Source of the DNA: an uncultured Dehalococcoidales bacterium
GTDB taxonomy: Bacteria > Chloroflexota > Dehalococcoidia > GIF9 > AB-539-J10
Direction: 5' to 3'
DNA length: 45,548 nt
Assembly: GCA_964625765.1 (NCBI GenBank)
Contig: CAZVCS010000002.1
Coordinates: forward strand, 1 to 45,548
Positions 8,782-18,463 of the stretch are shown here, in pieces (the first letter of the stretch is position 1; each line of letters opens with the position of its first letter). The notes below the pieces were generated by a model, which made no database searches, had not been told where the DNA came from, and saw nothing but the letters and a program-made list of their open reading frames with translations. Both the position numbers and the translations under genes were made by a program.

Positions 8782-9720
8782 ATGGATGAACTCAAGGTAT
8801 TCACGGGCAATGCGCATCCCCGCCTGGCGTCCGCAATCTGCGACTACCTTGGAATCCCACTCGGCAAGAGCGAGGTCTTTGAGTTCTCGAACGAGAACAT
8901 ATTCGTGCGTATCCTCGAGAACGTCCGCCAGCGCGACGTTTTCGTGGTCCAGCCCATCTGCAGCCCCGTCAATACCAGTCTCGTGGAGCTTCTCATCATG
9001 CTGGACGCATTCCGCCGGGCCTCCGCCGGTCGGATCACCGCGGTCGTTCCATACTACGGCTACGGCCGTACCGACAAGAAGGACCAGCCGCGGGTACCGA
9101 TAACCGCGCGCCTGGTGGCGGACCTGCTGACCACTGCCGGCGCGAATCGCATACTGACTGTCGACCTGCATGCGCCGCAGATACAGGGTTTCTTCACCAT
9201 ACCAGTTGATGAGTTGACCGCCGTGTCCATCATCAGCCAGCACTTCCGTGGGAAGCGCCTCTCGGACCTCGTAGTGGTGGCCACGGACATAGGCATCTCC
9301 AAACGCGCCCGTGACGTCGCGGCAAGCCTGGGCGCGTCGCTTGCCATCATCGAGAAGCGGCGACTGGGGAACAACGACGCCACTGAGGCCTTGAACGTCA
9401 TCGGCGAGGTGAGCGGCCGGACGGCCCTCACCGTGGACGATGAGATCGACACGGCAGGCTCTCTTGTCGGCGTTGTCGATACGCTTCTGGCGCGCGGTGC
9501 GCTCGAGATCTACTCCTGCGCCACGCATCCCGTGCTCTCCGGCAAGGCCGTCGAGCGAATCAGCCACAGCGCGGTGAAGGAAGTCGTCGTCACCGATACG
9601 ATTCCCCTCACCGAGCAGAAGAAGCTGGACAAGATTACTGTACTCTCCATGTCTTCGCTCCTTGGCGAGGCTATCCATCGCATCCACACCGGCCTGTCGG
9701 TCGGCGCCATGTTCGAGTAG
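8782..9720 (+). CDS. prs: ribose-phosphate pyrophosphokinase (PRPP synthetase)
   Basis: 312 aa. MDELKVFTGNAHPRLA..., YYGYGRTDKK, and the PRPP-binding loop LTVDDEIDTAGS. Confidence 0.95.
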   Translation: MDELKVFTGNAHPRLASAICDYLGIPLGKSEVFEFSNENIFVRILENVRQRDVFVVQPICSPVNTSLVELLIMLDAFRRASAGRITAVVPYYGYGRTDKKDQPRVPITARLVADLLTTAGANRILTVDLHAPQIQGFFTIPVDELTAVSIISQHFRGKRLSDLVVVATDIGISKRARDVAASLGASLAIIEKRRLGNNDATEALNVIGEVSGRTALTVDDEIDTAGSLVGVVDTLLARGALEIYSCATHPVLSGKAVERISHSAVKEVVVTDTIPLTEQKKLDKITVLSMSSLLGEAIHRIHTGLSVGAMFE

Positions 9721-9753
9721 CGGCGCGGCCGATATCGTGTACACTTACGAACC

Positions 9754-12402
9754 GTGGGAAGCCTGGGATCTCTGCTGGGTCGCGCCTTCGGCGGGCTCGT
9801 TGACTCCAACGAGAAACAGCTGAAGAGACTCGAGACGCTGGTTCTGAGCATCAACGAGTTGGAGGCCGGCCTCCGCGAGCTCGGCGACGAGGAGCTCAGC
9901 GGCAGCGCCGAAAGGCTGCGCAACCGCCTCTCCTCCGGCTGCACGCTCGAGGATATCCTCCCGGAGACGTTCGCCGCCGTGCGCGAGGCCGCGCGCCGCA
10001 CCATCGGACTCCGTCATTTCGACGTTCAGTTGGTTGGCGGCATCGTCCTGCATCGCGGCGAGATAGCTGAGATGAAGACCGGCGAGGGCAAGACGCTCGT
10101 TGCCACGCTCCCCCTCACCCTCAATGCCCTGGAGTCAAAAGGTTCTCACCTCGTGACGGTCAATGACTATCTGGCCAAGCGTGACTGCGCCTGGATGGGG
10201 CCCGTCTACCATGCGTTGGGCCTGACGGTCTCCTGCATAACCGGCAGACAGGACGACGCGAATCTTCGGCCCTCGTACCTGTATGACCCTGCGTATGAGG
10301 ACCCGGCAGGACGGTGGCCACGCCTGAGGCCCGTGTCACGCAAAGAGGCGTACGACGCCGACATCACGTACGGCACCAACAACGAGTTCGGTTTCGACTA
10401 CCTCCGCGATAACATGGTCACCGACCTGTCTCAGTGCGTGCAGCGTTCCCTGCACTTCGCCATCGTCGACGAGGTTGACAACATACTCATCGACGAGGCG
10501 CGCACGCCGCTCATCATCAGCGGGACTTCGGACGAGGCCGCAAGGTTCTACGTCCTGTTCGCGCGTGTAGTTGCCGGGCTGCGCCGTGATGTGGACTACG
10601 TCATCGACGAGCGCACCCAGACCGTGCACCTGACCGATGACGTCGGCATCCCTAAGGTTGAGGGCATGCTACGAACGCAGGGGCTGCTGAGGAACTCGGA
10701 CCTGTATGACGACACCAACTCCACCCTGACCTTCTTCCTCGAGGCGAGCCTGCGTGCCCAGGCGCTTTTCAGACGCGACAAGAACTACGTCGTCAAGAAC
10801 GGCCAGGTCATCATCGTCGACGAGTTCACCGGCCGCTTGATGCCGGGCCGCCGCTATTCGGAAGGCCTCCATCAGGCGCTGGAAGCCAAGGAACACGTCC
10901 CTGTTCAGGCGGAGAGCGTTACCCACGCCACCATCACCTTCCAGAACTACTTCCGCATGTACGACAAGCTGGCCGGCATGACCGGCACAGCCGCCACGGA
11001 GGCGGAGGAGTTCAGCCGCATCTACAAGCTTGACGTGGTGGAGGTACCCACCAACAGGCCGATGATTCGGCAGGACGCCCCGGACCGCATCTACAGGGAC
11101 CAGAACGCGAAGTTCAAGGCGGTTACCGAGGAGGTCGCCGCTGCGCATGCCCAGGGTCGCCCGGTCCTCGTTGGGACAACGTCCATCGACACGTCGGAGA
11201 TACTCAGCGACCTGTTCGTGCGCAGGGGCCTCCGGCCGCAGGTGCTGAATGCGAAGAACCACGAGCGCGAGGCAGGGATTATCGCGGATGCCGGCCGCCT
11301 TGGAGCAATCACCGTCGCCACCAATATGGCCGGCCGAGGAGTCGACATAATCCTTGGAGGTAGTCCGGAGCAACGCGTGCCCGAGGAGTGGTCTCGCGAA
11401 CACGATGCGGTTGTTGCCCTCGGCGGGCTGTATGTCGTCGGCACGGAGCACCACGAAGCCCGGCGCATCGATAACCAGCTCAGGGGTAGAGCGGGGCGAC
11501 AGGGCGACCCCGGCTCGACGCTGTTCTTCGTCTCGCTTGACGATGAGATTATGCGGCGCTTCGGCGGCGAGCGCGTCAAGTCGGTGATGCAGTGGGCCGG
11601 GCTCGACGAGAACACGCCCATCGAGCATCCGATGGTGACCAAGGCCATCGCCAATGCGCAAGTGCAGACCGAGGGCTATCACTTTGACATCCGCAAGCAC
11701 CTCGTCGAGTATGACGACGTTCTCAACAAGCACCGTGAGGTGATGTACGAGCGAAGGCGGCAGGTGCTCAACGACGGGAATCTCACCGAGCACATCCTCT
11801 CTCTGCTCGACGGCGAGCTCTCGCTCGCGGTGGAGCGCCACGTGAACTCCGACCTGGGGGAGGTCGATCGTGAAGGCCTCGTCCGGGACATAGGCGCTTT
11901 CTTCCCTCTGTCGACCGAGGAGACTGAGGCGTTGCTGGACATGCAGGGGAGTGGCGACCTCCGTTCAGAGCTGACTGAGCGGGCCAGGGTGATGGCCAGA
12001 GAGAAATACGCAGCGCGCGAGCAGGAACTGGGCGCTGCAGTCATGCGTATGGCCGAACGCGCAGTGATGCTGCATACCATGGACCGATTGTGGGTGGAGC
12101 ACCTCACGGCGCTGGAGCGAATGCGACTCGGCATCGGCCTGCGGGCCGTGGCGCAGCAGCAGCCGCTCGTTGCCTACAAGATGGAGGGCCGGCGGTACTT
12201 CGACGTGCTGGAGAAGAGGATCAGACACGAGGTCCCGGAGGCGCTGTTCCACGTGGCGGTCAAGAAGCAGCCGGCTGCTTCTCCGTTCAGTCCGGTCGCA
12301 TCCGGCCGTGCTGCGACTGCCTCGACGTCCGGCAAGGTCGGGCGGAACGACCCATGTCCCTGCGGCTCCGGCAAGAAGTACAAGCACTGCTGTGGCAAGT
12401 AG
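9754..12402 (+). CDS. secA: preprotein translocase ATPase SecA
   Basis: 882 aa. Walker A MKTGEGKTLV, the DEAD-like motif DEVDNILIDEARTPLIIS, and the C-terminal zinc-binding tail CPCGSGKKYKHCCGK. GTG start. Confidence 0.97.
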   Translation: MGSLGSLLGRAFGGLVDSNEKQLKRLETLVLSINELEAGLRELGDEELSGSAERLRNRLSSGCTLEDILPETFAAVREAARRTIGLRHFDVQLVGGIVLHRGEIAEMKTGEGKTLVATLPLTLNALESKGSHLVTVNDYLAKRDCAWMGPVYHALGLTVSCITGRQDDANLRPSYLYDPAYEDPAGRWPRLRPVSRKEAYDADITYGTNNEFGFDYLRDNMVTDLSQCVQRSLHFAIVDEVDNILIDEARTPLIISGTSDEAARFYVLFARVVAGLRRDVDYVIDERTQTVHLTDDVGIPKVEGMLRTQGLLRNSDLYDDTNSTLTFFLEASLRAQALFRRDKNYVVKNGQVIIVDEFTGRLMPGRRYSEGLHQALEAKEHVPVQAESVTHATITFQNYFRMYDKLAGMTGTAATEAEEFSRIYKLDVVEVPTNRPMIRQDAPDRIYRDQNAKFKAVTEEVAAAHAQGRPVLVGTTSIDTSEILSDLFVRRGLRPQVLNAKNHEREAGIIADAGRLGAITVATNMAGRGVDIILGGSPEQRVPEEWSREHDAVVALGGLYVVGTEHHEARRIDNQLRGRAGRQGDPGSTLFFVSLDDEIMRRFGGERVKSVMQWAGLDENTPIEHPMVTKAIANAQVQTEGYHFDIRKHLVEYDDVLNKHREVMYERRRQVLNDGNLTEHILSLLDGELSLAVERHVNSDLGEVDREGLVRDIGAFFPLSTEETEALLDMQGSGDLRSELTERARVMAREKYAAREQELGAAVMRMAERAVMLHTMDRLWVEHLTALERMRLGIGLRAVAQQQPLVAYKMEGRRYFDVLEKRIRHEVPEALFHVAVKKQPAASPFSPVASGRAATASTSGKVGRNDPCPCGSGKKYKHCCGK

Positions 12403-12461
12403 GGGGTCGACGTCGAGGCGCGTATCTCTCGGGTCGCGAGGGGATGGGCAGGAGGCACTCG

Positions 12462-12941
12462 ATGGACAACCGCGACATCGCCCGGGTCTTCGCCGCGATT
12501 GCCGACCTCCTTGCGGTTCGGAACGAGAGCGCATTCAAGATCAGAGCCTATCGCACTGCCGCTGAGGTAATCTCTACCTATCCGGACGAGTTGAGAGACA
12601 TCGTTGCGCGGGGTGGGGACCTCAGAGACATCTCCGGCATCGGCGAGGCAATCGCCAAGAAGATCCATGAACTGCTGGCCACGGGACGGCTGGAGTTCTT
12701 CGAGAGGCTGAAAAGCGAATCGCCGCCGGGCGTCCTTGACCTCATGGAGGTGCCCGGCATCGGCCCCAGGACCGCCGCCAAACTTGCGGCTGACCTCGGC
12801 ATCGCCACGGTGGAGCAGCTCGAAAAGGCGCTCCGTAGTGGACCTCTGCCCGGCCTGGGTGCGGCCAGGTCCGAGAGGCTGTTGAAGGCTGTCTCCGAAC
12901 ACCTTCTGCGGGCTCCCCGGCACGGCCCAGCAGGGGATTGA
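12462..12941 (+). CDS. PolX-family N-terminal (8-kDa/HhH) domain protein, lacking the polymerase and PHP domains (stand-alone protein or gene remnant)
   Basis: 159 aa. MDNRDIARVFAAIADLLAVRNESAFKIRAYRTAA matches the N-terminus of bacterial PolX. Two HhH motifs are present (ISGIGEAIAKKI, VPGIGPRTAAKL). RBS GGAGGC lies 5 nt upstream. The ORF stops where the palm domain would begin. Confidence 0.6.
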   Translation: MDNRDIARVFAAIADLLAVRNESAFKIRAYRTAAEVISTYPDELRDIVARGGDLRDISGIGEAIAKKIHELLATGRLEFFERLKSESPPGVLDLMEVPGIGPRTAAKLAADLGIATVEQLEKALRSGPLPGLGAARSERLLKAVSEHLLRAPRHGPAGD

Positions 12942-13017
12942 CCTCCCTGGGCCATCGAAGCATGCGGCCCGGGCGTTGCGAGCACGACTTCTTGCCGGCG
13001 TACTATACTTTGGCTTT

Positions 13018-13689
13018 ATGGCTTCGACTGACACGCGCGCCATCATCGAGGAGCTCAGGGCTCACATCACCGCCGGGGACGACTGGTACCGGTGCCTGCT
13101 GCATGCCGCGCAGCAGTGGCCGCTGGCGGAGGAAGTCCTCGACGGCGAGCGCTTCCTCTACCTCATCGAGGGCGAAGCACTGGACATGCTGCGGCTGTGC
13201 GAGCGCATCAGCCTCGAGGTAGCCGACCTTGTGCCTGAAGAGCCGATGCTGGCGCTGCTGGCCAGTGACCGCCCGCCCCGGTCGTCCGACCGCGAAGCAC
13301 TTCGGGACCTCATCGGTCCGGAACGGTACAGGGCCTACCTGACGTTCATCTACGGCGTGATTGTCGAGGAACTGGTGGTGCAGGCAGTGCTGGAGGACCT
13401 CCGCCGGCGGAGGCGGACTTCGGGACTCACGCGCTATGACGCCGCGCTGGATGACGCATTCACGCACGTCTACGGCAGCACACGCGCGGAGCTGTTCGAC
13501 ACGTTCCGGCGCGAGCGCGGGCTGCGACCCCGCCGGAACGTCACGCTGACGCAGATGAAGGAGTTCACCTACTGGCTCTTCAAGCTGCGCCTGAGGAGCA
13601 TGGACAAATCGCGGGTCGCCAGCGACACGAAGCGCGCGCTGACGCTCCTGCACAGGTACATGAGCCACACTGGCAGGCGAGCAGCCTAG
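13018..13689 (+). CDS. hypothetical protein (no family recognised)
   Basis: 223 aa from MASTDTRAIIEEL... This frame has high G/C third-position bias and a balanced composition, unlike the antisense ORF 13003..13668. A TATACT hexamer (13004-13009) lies 8 nt upstream of the ATG. Its stop overlaps the valS stop (convergent genes). Confidence 0.55.
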   Translation: MASTDTRAIIEELRAHITAGDDWYRCLLHAAQQWPLAEEVLDGERFLYLIEGEALDMLRLCERISLEVADLVPEEPMLALLASDRPPRSSDREALRDLIGPERYRAYLTFIYGVIVEELVVQAVLEDLRRRRRTSGLTRYDAALDDAFTHVYGSTRAELFDTFRRERGLRPRRNVTLTQMKEFTYWLFKLRLRSMDKSRVASDTKRALTLLHRYMSHTGRRAA

Positions 13690-16373
13690 CCGAGGTCGCG
13701 CAGTTCCACCTCGAGTCGTTCGAGCTTGTCGCGCAGGCTGGCCGCAAGCTCGCGCTGCCTGGCCACGACGTCAGCCGGCGCCTTCTCCACGAAGACGGGG
13801 TCCACGAGCCGAGCGGCAATAGACTGCAGGCGGTCGCGGGTGGTCCCTGCTTCCTTCTCGAGCTGTGTCCGTATGCGCTCCGCCTCATCGGCTGACGCTT
13901 TGGCGACAACCACTTCGGCGTCCCCCAGGACGATAGCGCGTTCGGACTCCGTGCTGCCGGTTCGTGCGTCACGGTCCGAGACGTGATGAACGTGCGTGCG
14001 GGCCAGGCTTTCAATAGCAGGGACGAGCGCTCGCAGCCGCTCCAGCAGTTCGCTGCTGGTGTAGATTGACGCCTCCAGCCGGGTCTGGGGCTCGATCCGT
14101 CTCTCAGCCCGCGCGTTCCGGAGCGCCCGCACGACGTCGATAGCCGCGCCGACAACGCGCTCAGCCTCGGGGTCGTCCCACTCCGGTCGGCTCTCCGGAC
14201 ACGGAGATACCATGATGGAGCGAACCGACCCGCTGTCCGATTCCGCGGTCTGAAGCGACTGCCACAGCTCCTCGGTGACGAATGGCATGAACGGATGCAG
14301 CAGCCGGAGGGCGGCGTCAAGCACCGACACCAGATAGGGCGCGGGTGAATCGGTGCCGCTGGACGCCGCGCCGCCTGCACGGCGCATCCTCAGCTTGGCG
14401 AACTCGATGTACCAGTCGCAGAACTCGGACCAGAGGAAGTCCTGTACCTGCCGCTCAGCCTCTCCGAGCTGATACTCCGCCATCAGACCGTGAACCGACA
14501 TCGTGAGGCGATTCAATCGACTCAGAATCCATCGGTCCGTGATGTCGGCGGGCGCCGGCAGCGGCGGATATGTGCGCCCGGCCGTCGGCCGCCACTCCTC
14601 TGTGCTCTGCAACACGAACCTGGTGGCATTCCACACCTTGTTGACGAAGTTGCGACCGGCTTCAAGCTTGGCATCGCCGAGCGAGAGGTCGTTGCCCGGC
14701 GAGTTGCCGGTGGTGAGCGCGTACCTCAAGGCGTCGACGCCGTACTTTGCGATGGCGTCATCGGGCCTGATGACGTTCCCACGCATCTTGCTCATCTTCT
14801 GTCCCTGCTCGTCACGTATCAGCCCGTTGAGATACACGTATCTGAAGGGCACCTTGCCGGTGTCCTCGATTCCCATCATGATCATCCTGGCCACCCAGAA
14901 GAAGAGGATGTCGTACCCCGTCTCCATCATGGTGGTGGGATAGAAATAGCGCATGTCCTCGGTGTCGTCGGGCCAGCCCAGCGTCGAGTGCGGCCACAGC
15001 GCGGAGCTGAACCACGTGTCAAGCACGTCCGGGTCCTGCTCGATGCGGCTGCTGCCGCAGCCCGAACATGACGTCGGAGTCTCGACCGCCACGGTCAGAG
15101 CCCCGCAGTCGCTGCAGTACCACACCGGGATGCGGTGTCCCCACCACAATTGTCGACTGATGCACCAGTCCTTGATGGACTCCATCCAGGAGAAGTACAC
15201 CTTGGTGAAATGCTCCGGAATGATGCGGATCTCGCCGCTCCTGACAGCTTGAATGGCCGCCTCGGCCAGCGGCCTCGTATCAACGAACCACTGGAGGCTG
15301 ATGCTCGGCTCGACGGCCGTGCGGCACCGGCTGCAGTGACCGACCATGTGGGAGTACGGCTCGATGTGGTCGAGCAGCCCCTGACGTTGGAACTCTTCGA
15401 CCACGCGCTGGCGGCACGTCTGGCGGTCGAGCCCTTTGCAGGCGCCCGCCTCGGCATTCATGGTGCCGTCCTGGTTGAAGACGTTGACGTGGGGCAAGTT
15501 GTGCCGGTCTGCAACCTGCAGGTCAGTGGGGTCGTGGCTGGGCGTGATCTTCAGCGCTCCCGTGCCGAAGGTCGGGTCCACAGCGTCGTCAGCGATGACC
15601 GGTATCTCGCGGCCCGTGCCGGGTAGCCTGACGCGCCTTCCGATGGCGTTGCGGTAGCGCTCGTCCGCCGGACTCACCGCCACTGCCGTGTCACCAAAGT
15701 ACGTCTCGGGTCGCGTCGTCGCAATCGTGAGGAATCCGTCTCCGTCCACGAAAGGGTAGCGGAAGTAATACAGATGTCCCTCGGTGTCCTGGTGCTCGAC
15801 CTCGAGGTCGGATAGCGCCGTGCGGCAACGCGGGCACCAGTTCACCATGCGCTCGCCGCGGTAGATGCGACCCTTCTGGTAGAGGCGCACAAACGCGGTT
15901 CGCACCGCTCTGCTTGGGCCCTCGTCAAGCGTGAATGTGTCATGATCCCAGTCGCATGAGCACCCGAGAAGGTGGTGCTGCATCTCGATGGCGTGCCTGC
16001 TTTTCTGCGCCCTTGCCCAGGCGCGCTCGACGAACTTCTCCCGGCCGATGTCATATCGGGTCAGGCCCTCGCGGGCCAGGTCCTGCTCGACGAGCACCTG
16101 CGTCGCGATGCCGGCGTGGTCAGAGCCGGGTACCCAGAGCGTCGGTTCGCCAAGCATCCGGTGCCACCGGATCATGATGTCTTCCAGCGCCATCGTCAGC
16201 GCGTGCCCCACGTGCAACTCGCCGGTCACATTCGGTGGGGGCATCACGATGACGTACGGTGACCGGTCGGAGTCGACCCGGGGGCGGAAGAATCCAGTGG
16301 AGAGCCAGAAGTCATACCACTTCTTCTCGATCTTGCCCGGTTCGTACGCCTTTGCCAGTGTCTCGCGTTCCAA
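13686..16373 (-). CDS. valS: valine--tRNA ligase
   Basis: 895 aa. HIGH motif PPPNVTGELHVGHAL, KMSKS motif KMSKMRGN, a CP1 editing region and the C-terminal coiled-coil typical of ValRS. Confidence 0.97.
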   Translation of the reverse strand: MERETLAKAYEPGKIEKKWYDFWLSTGFFRPRVDSDRSPYVIVMPPPNVTGELHVGHALTMALEDIMIRWHRMLGEPTLWVPGSDHAGIATQVLVEQDLAREGLTRYDIGREKFVERAWARAQKSRHAIEMQHHLLGCSCDWDHDTFTLDEGPSRAVRTAFVRLYQKGRIYRGERMVNWCPRCRTALSDLEVEHQDTEGHLYYFRYPFVDGDGFLTIATTRPETYFGDTAVAVSPADERYRNAIGRRVRLPGTGREIPVIADDAVDPTFGTGALKITPSHDPTDLQVADRHNLPHVNVFNQDGTMNAEAGACKGLDRQTCRQRVVEEFQRQGLLDHIEPYSHMVGHCSRCRTAVEPSISLQWFVDTRPLAEAAIQAVRSGEIRIIPEHFTKVYFSWMESIKDWCISRQLWWGHRIPVWYCSDCGALTVAVETPTSCSGCGSSRIEQDPDVLDTWFSSALWPHSTLGWPDDTEDMRYFYPTTMMETGYDILFFWVARMIMMGIEDTGKVPFRYVYLNGLIRDEQGQKMSKMRGNVIRPDDAIAKYGVDALRYALTTGNSPGNDLSLGDAKLEAGRNFVNKVWNATRFVLQSTEEWRPTAGRTYPPLPAPADITDRWILSRLNRLTMSVHGLMAEYQLGEAERQVQDFLWSEFCDWYIEFAKLRMRRAGGAASSGTDSPAPYLVSVLDAALRLLHPFMPFVTEELWQSLQTAESDSGSVRSIMVSPCPESRPEWDDPEAERVVGAAIDVVRALRNARAERRIEPQTRLEASIYTSSELLERLRALVPAIESLARTHVHHVSDRDARTGSTESERAIVLGDAEVVVAKASADEAERIRTQLEKEAGTTRDRLQSIAARLVDPVFVEKAPADVVARQRELAASLRDKLERLEVELRDLG

Positions 16374-16440
16374 CAGCCTGTACCTCGCTTTCAGGACGGA
16401 CCGTCATGAGCGGCCCGTGGGTAGTCGCTTCTTGCCTCGG

Positions 16441-17628
16441 TCACCTGCGGGAAAGCAGCGTCGCGACGCGGTCGAGCACCCGGTCTGCGACCTCGCGTTT
16501 CGACATCAGGGGAAGGCGGTCGATGCTGCCGTCGCGGTCGAGGATGCTCACACGGTTGTCGTCCGAGCCGAAGCCGCTGTCGCTCGCGGTGATGTCGTTC
16601 GCAACGATGAGGTCCAGATGCTTCTCCGCCAGCTTCGACCTGGCGTTCTGCTCAAGACTACTGCTTTCCGCCGCGAACCCGACACGCACGAAGTCTCCTT
16701 CGAGAGACTTGAGGATGTCGACGGTCCGTTCAAGAGGGATGGTGAGGGTTTCCCGCTCTTTCTTGATCTTGTCCGTGGCCGGGTTGGACGGCCGGTAGTC
16801 TGCAACCGCCGCAGCCATGATGAGCGCATCCGCGCCGGCGATGGCGTTTCGGGTAGCCTCGTACATCTGCTGGGCGGTCATCACGTGGCGAACCTCGACC
16901 GCGACGGGCGGCTCGAGACTGGTCGGCGCCGTAACGAGGATGACGGCGGCGCCTCGGTCGCGGCACGCCTCCGCGATGGCGTATCCCATCTTGCCGGAGG
17001 AGCGGTTGGTCACGCATCTGACCGGGTCTATCGGCTCCTGGGTGCCGCCGGCGGTGACGACCACCACCCTGCCGGCGAGGTCGCCGCGGCGCGCGAGAGT
17101 CTGCATGGTCCAGCCGACGATGACGTCAGGGGCGGACATCCTTCCGGGACCGGAGTCGCCTGAGGCAAGACCACCCGACTCAGGGCCGACGATGACTGCA
17201 CCGCGCTGACGCAGTGTCGCCAGGTTCGACTGGGTCGCCGGGTGGAGATACATCCGGCTGTGCATGGCTGGCGCGACTATCAGGGGACCGCCGAAAGCCA
17301 GGGCTGTACATGACACGATGTCGTCTCCCAGTCCGCATGCCAGTCGGGCGATGATGTCGGCGCTCGCCGGCGCGACCAGAAGCGCATCTGCGACGTCCGC
17401 CATGTGCACGTGCGGGATGTAGTCGTCGTTGTCGTGCGAGAAGACCCGTGTCCTCACCGGCCGGTCCAGCAGGGCCTCGAACGTCAGGGGGGTGATGAAC
17501 TCGGTCGCCGCCTCGGTCATGAGGACGTGCACCGTGATGCCGCGGCGTTCAAGCTGGCGCGCAATCTCGGGCGCCTTGTACGCCGCGATGCTGCCGGTGA
17601 CTCCCAGAAGCACGGTCTGCGGTTTCAT
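16441..17628 (-). CDS. coaBC: bifunctional phosphopantothenoylcysteine decarboxylase / phosphopantothenate--cysteine ligase
   Basis: 395 aa. N-terminal flavoprotein domain (LLGVTGSIAAYKAPE) plus the C-terminal CoaB domain (VRCVTNRSSGKMG, AAAVADYRP). Confidence 0.95.
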   Translation of the reverse strand: MKPQTVLLGVTGSIAAYKAPEIARQLERRGITVHVLMTEAATEFITPLTFEALLDRPVRTRVFSHDNDDYIPHVHMADVADALLVAPASADIIARLACGLGDDIVSCTALAFGGPLIVAPAMHSRMYLHPATQSNLATLRQRGAVIVGPESGGLASGDSGPGRMSAPDVIVGWTMQTLARRGDLAGRVVVVTAGGTQEPIDPVRCVTNRSSGKMGYAIAEACRDRGAAVILVTAPTSLEPPVAVEVRHVMTAQQMYEATRNAIAGADALIMAAAVADYRPSNPATDKIKKERETLTIPLERTVDILKSLEGDFVRVGFAAESSSLEQNARSKLAEKHLDLIVANDITASDSGFGSDDNRVSILDRDGSIDRLPLMSKREVADRVLDRVATLLSRR

Positions 17629-17642
17629 CGCACTCCCTTCAA

Positions 17643-18416
17643 CTACCGGTCGGGTGAGTTTATCTCGTAGATGAGGCGGAGTCCTATGAGGGACAGGTCA
17701 GGGTTGCATATCTGACTCGACGGCACTCCTTCGACAAACATGGGGGAGTAGCCGCCGGTCGAGACCACAATGGGCTCGCACTCAAGCTCCGCCGAGATCT
17801 CCTTGATGAGCTTCTCGATCAGCCCGATGTACCCGAACAGAATGCCGGACTGCATCGCAGATACGGTGCCCTTCCCGATTGCGTGCCTGGGGCGGGCCAG
17901 CTCGATGCGCGGCAGCATGGCCGTGCGACGGTACAGTGCTTCGCTGGCAATACTGATGCCGGGAGCGATGGCGCCGCCAAGAAAGTCCCCTGCTGCTGAG
18001 ACGACGTCAAAAGTGGTCGCTGTGCCGAAGTCAATGACTATCAGAGGCTTGCCGTAGAGACGCACGCCCGCAACCGCATTCGCCACCCTGTCGGGACCCA
18101 GCTCCCGAGGGTTGTCCACCAGCAGCCTCAGGCCGGTCTTGATGCCGGGTTCGATCACCAGAGGGTCGCTGTCCAGGTAGTTCCGGCAGACCTCCTGGAA
18201 CACGGGGACCAGCGGGGGCACGACGCTGCACAGGACCGTTCCGCGAATGGCTGCAATGGGAAGAGAGTGCCGCTGAAGCAGACTGAAGATGAGCGAGCCG
18301 TACTCGTCAGCGGAGCGGTCGATGCCGGTCATCAGGCGCCACGAGTGCACCAGGCGCTCGCCTTCGAACATGCCCATGTTCATGCTGGTATTGCCGATGT
18401 CTATGGTGAAGAGCAC
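17643..18416 (-). CDS. coaX: type III pantothenate kinase
   Basis: 257 aa. MLFTIDIGNTSMNMG and VIDFGTATTFD, the ASKHA-fold CoaX signatures. Confidence 0.93.
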   Translation of the reverse strand: MLFTIDIGNTSMNMGMFEGERLVHSWRLMTGIDRSADEYGSLIFSLLQRHSLPIAAIRGTVLCSVVPPLVPVFQEVCRNYLDSDPLVIEPGIKTGLRLLVDNPRELGPDRVANAVAGVRLYGKPLIVIDFGTATTFDVVSAAGDFLGGAIAPGISIASEALYRRTAMLPRIELARPRHAIGKGTVSAMQSGILFGYIGLIEKLIKEISAELECEPIVVSTGGYSPMFVEGVPSSQICNPDLSLIGLRLIYEINSPDR

Positions 18417-18463
18417 GTGACCTCCTCAAATGCGGCGCGATACAGTGCGAGCGGCCGGCGACA

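Noticed and set aside
7435-9744. Reverse-strand ORFs of 424 aa (7435..8709) and 341 aa (8719..9744).
   Set aside because: They are antisense to glyA and prs respectively. Their compositions are Arg/Gly/His-rich and non-protein-like.
10669-11841. A 390-aa reverse-strand ORF inside secA.
   Set aside because: It is an antisense shadow of secA.
12174-13046. A 290-aa reverse ORF, and the 12090..12461 upstream extension of the PolX-like ORF.
   Set aside because: The reverse ORF is antisense to the HhH-containing frame. The upstream extension overlaps the secA 3' end in another frame, and a good RBS precedes the ATG at 12462.
16374-16440. A possible T-box leader upstream of valS.
   Set aside because: The gap is only 67 nt and directly follows coaBC in the same orientation, which is too short for a T-box.
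15988-17163. A 391-aa forward ORF spanning the valS 5' end and the coaBC 3' end.
   Set aside because: It is antisense to two confidently identified genes and crosses their intergenic gap.
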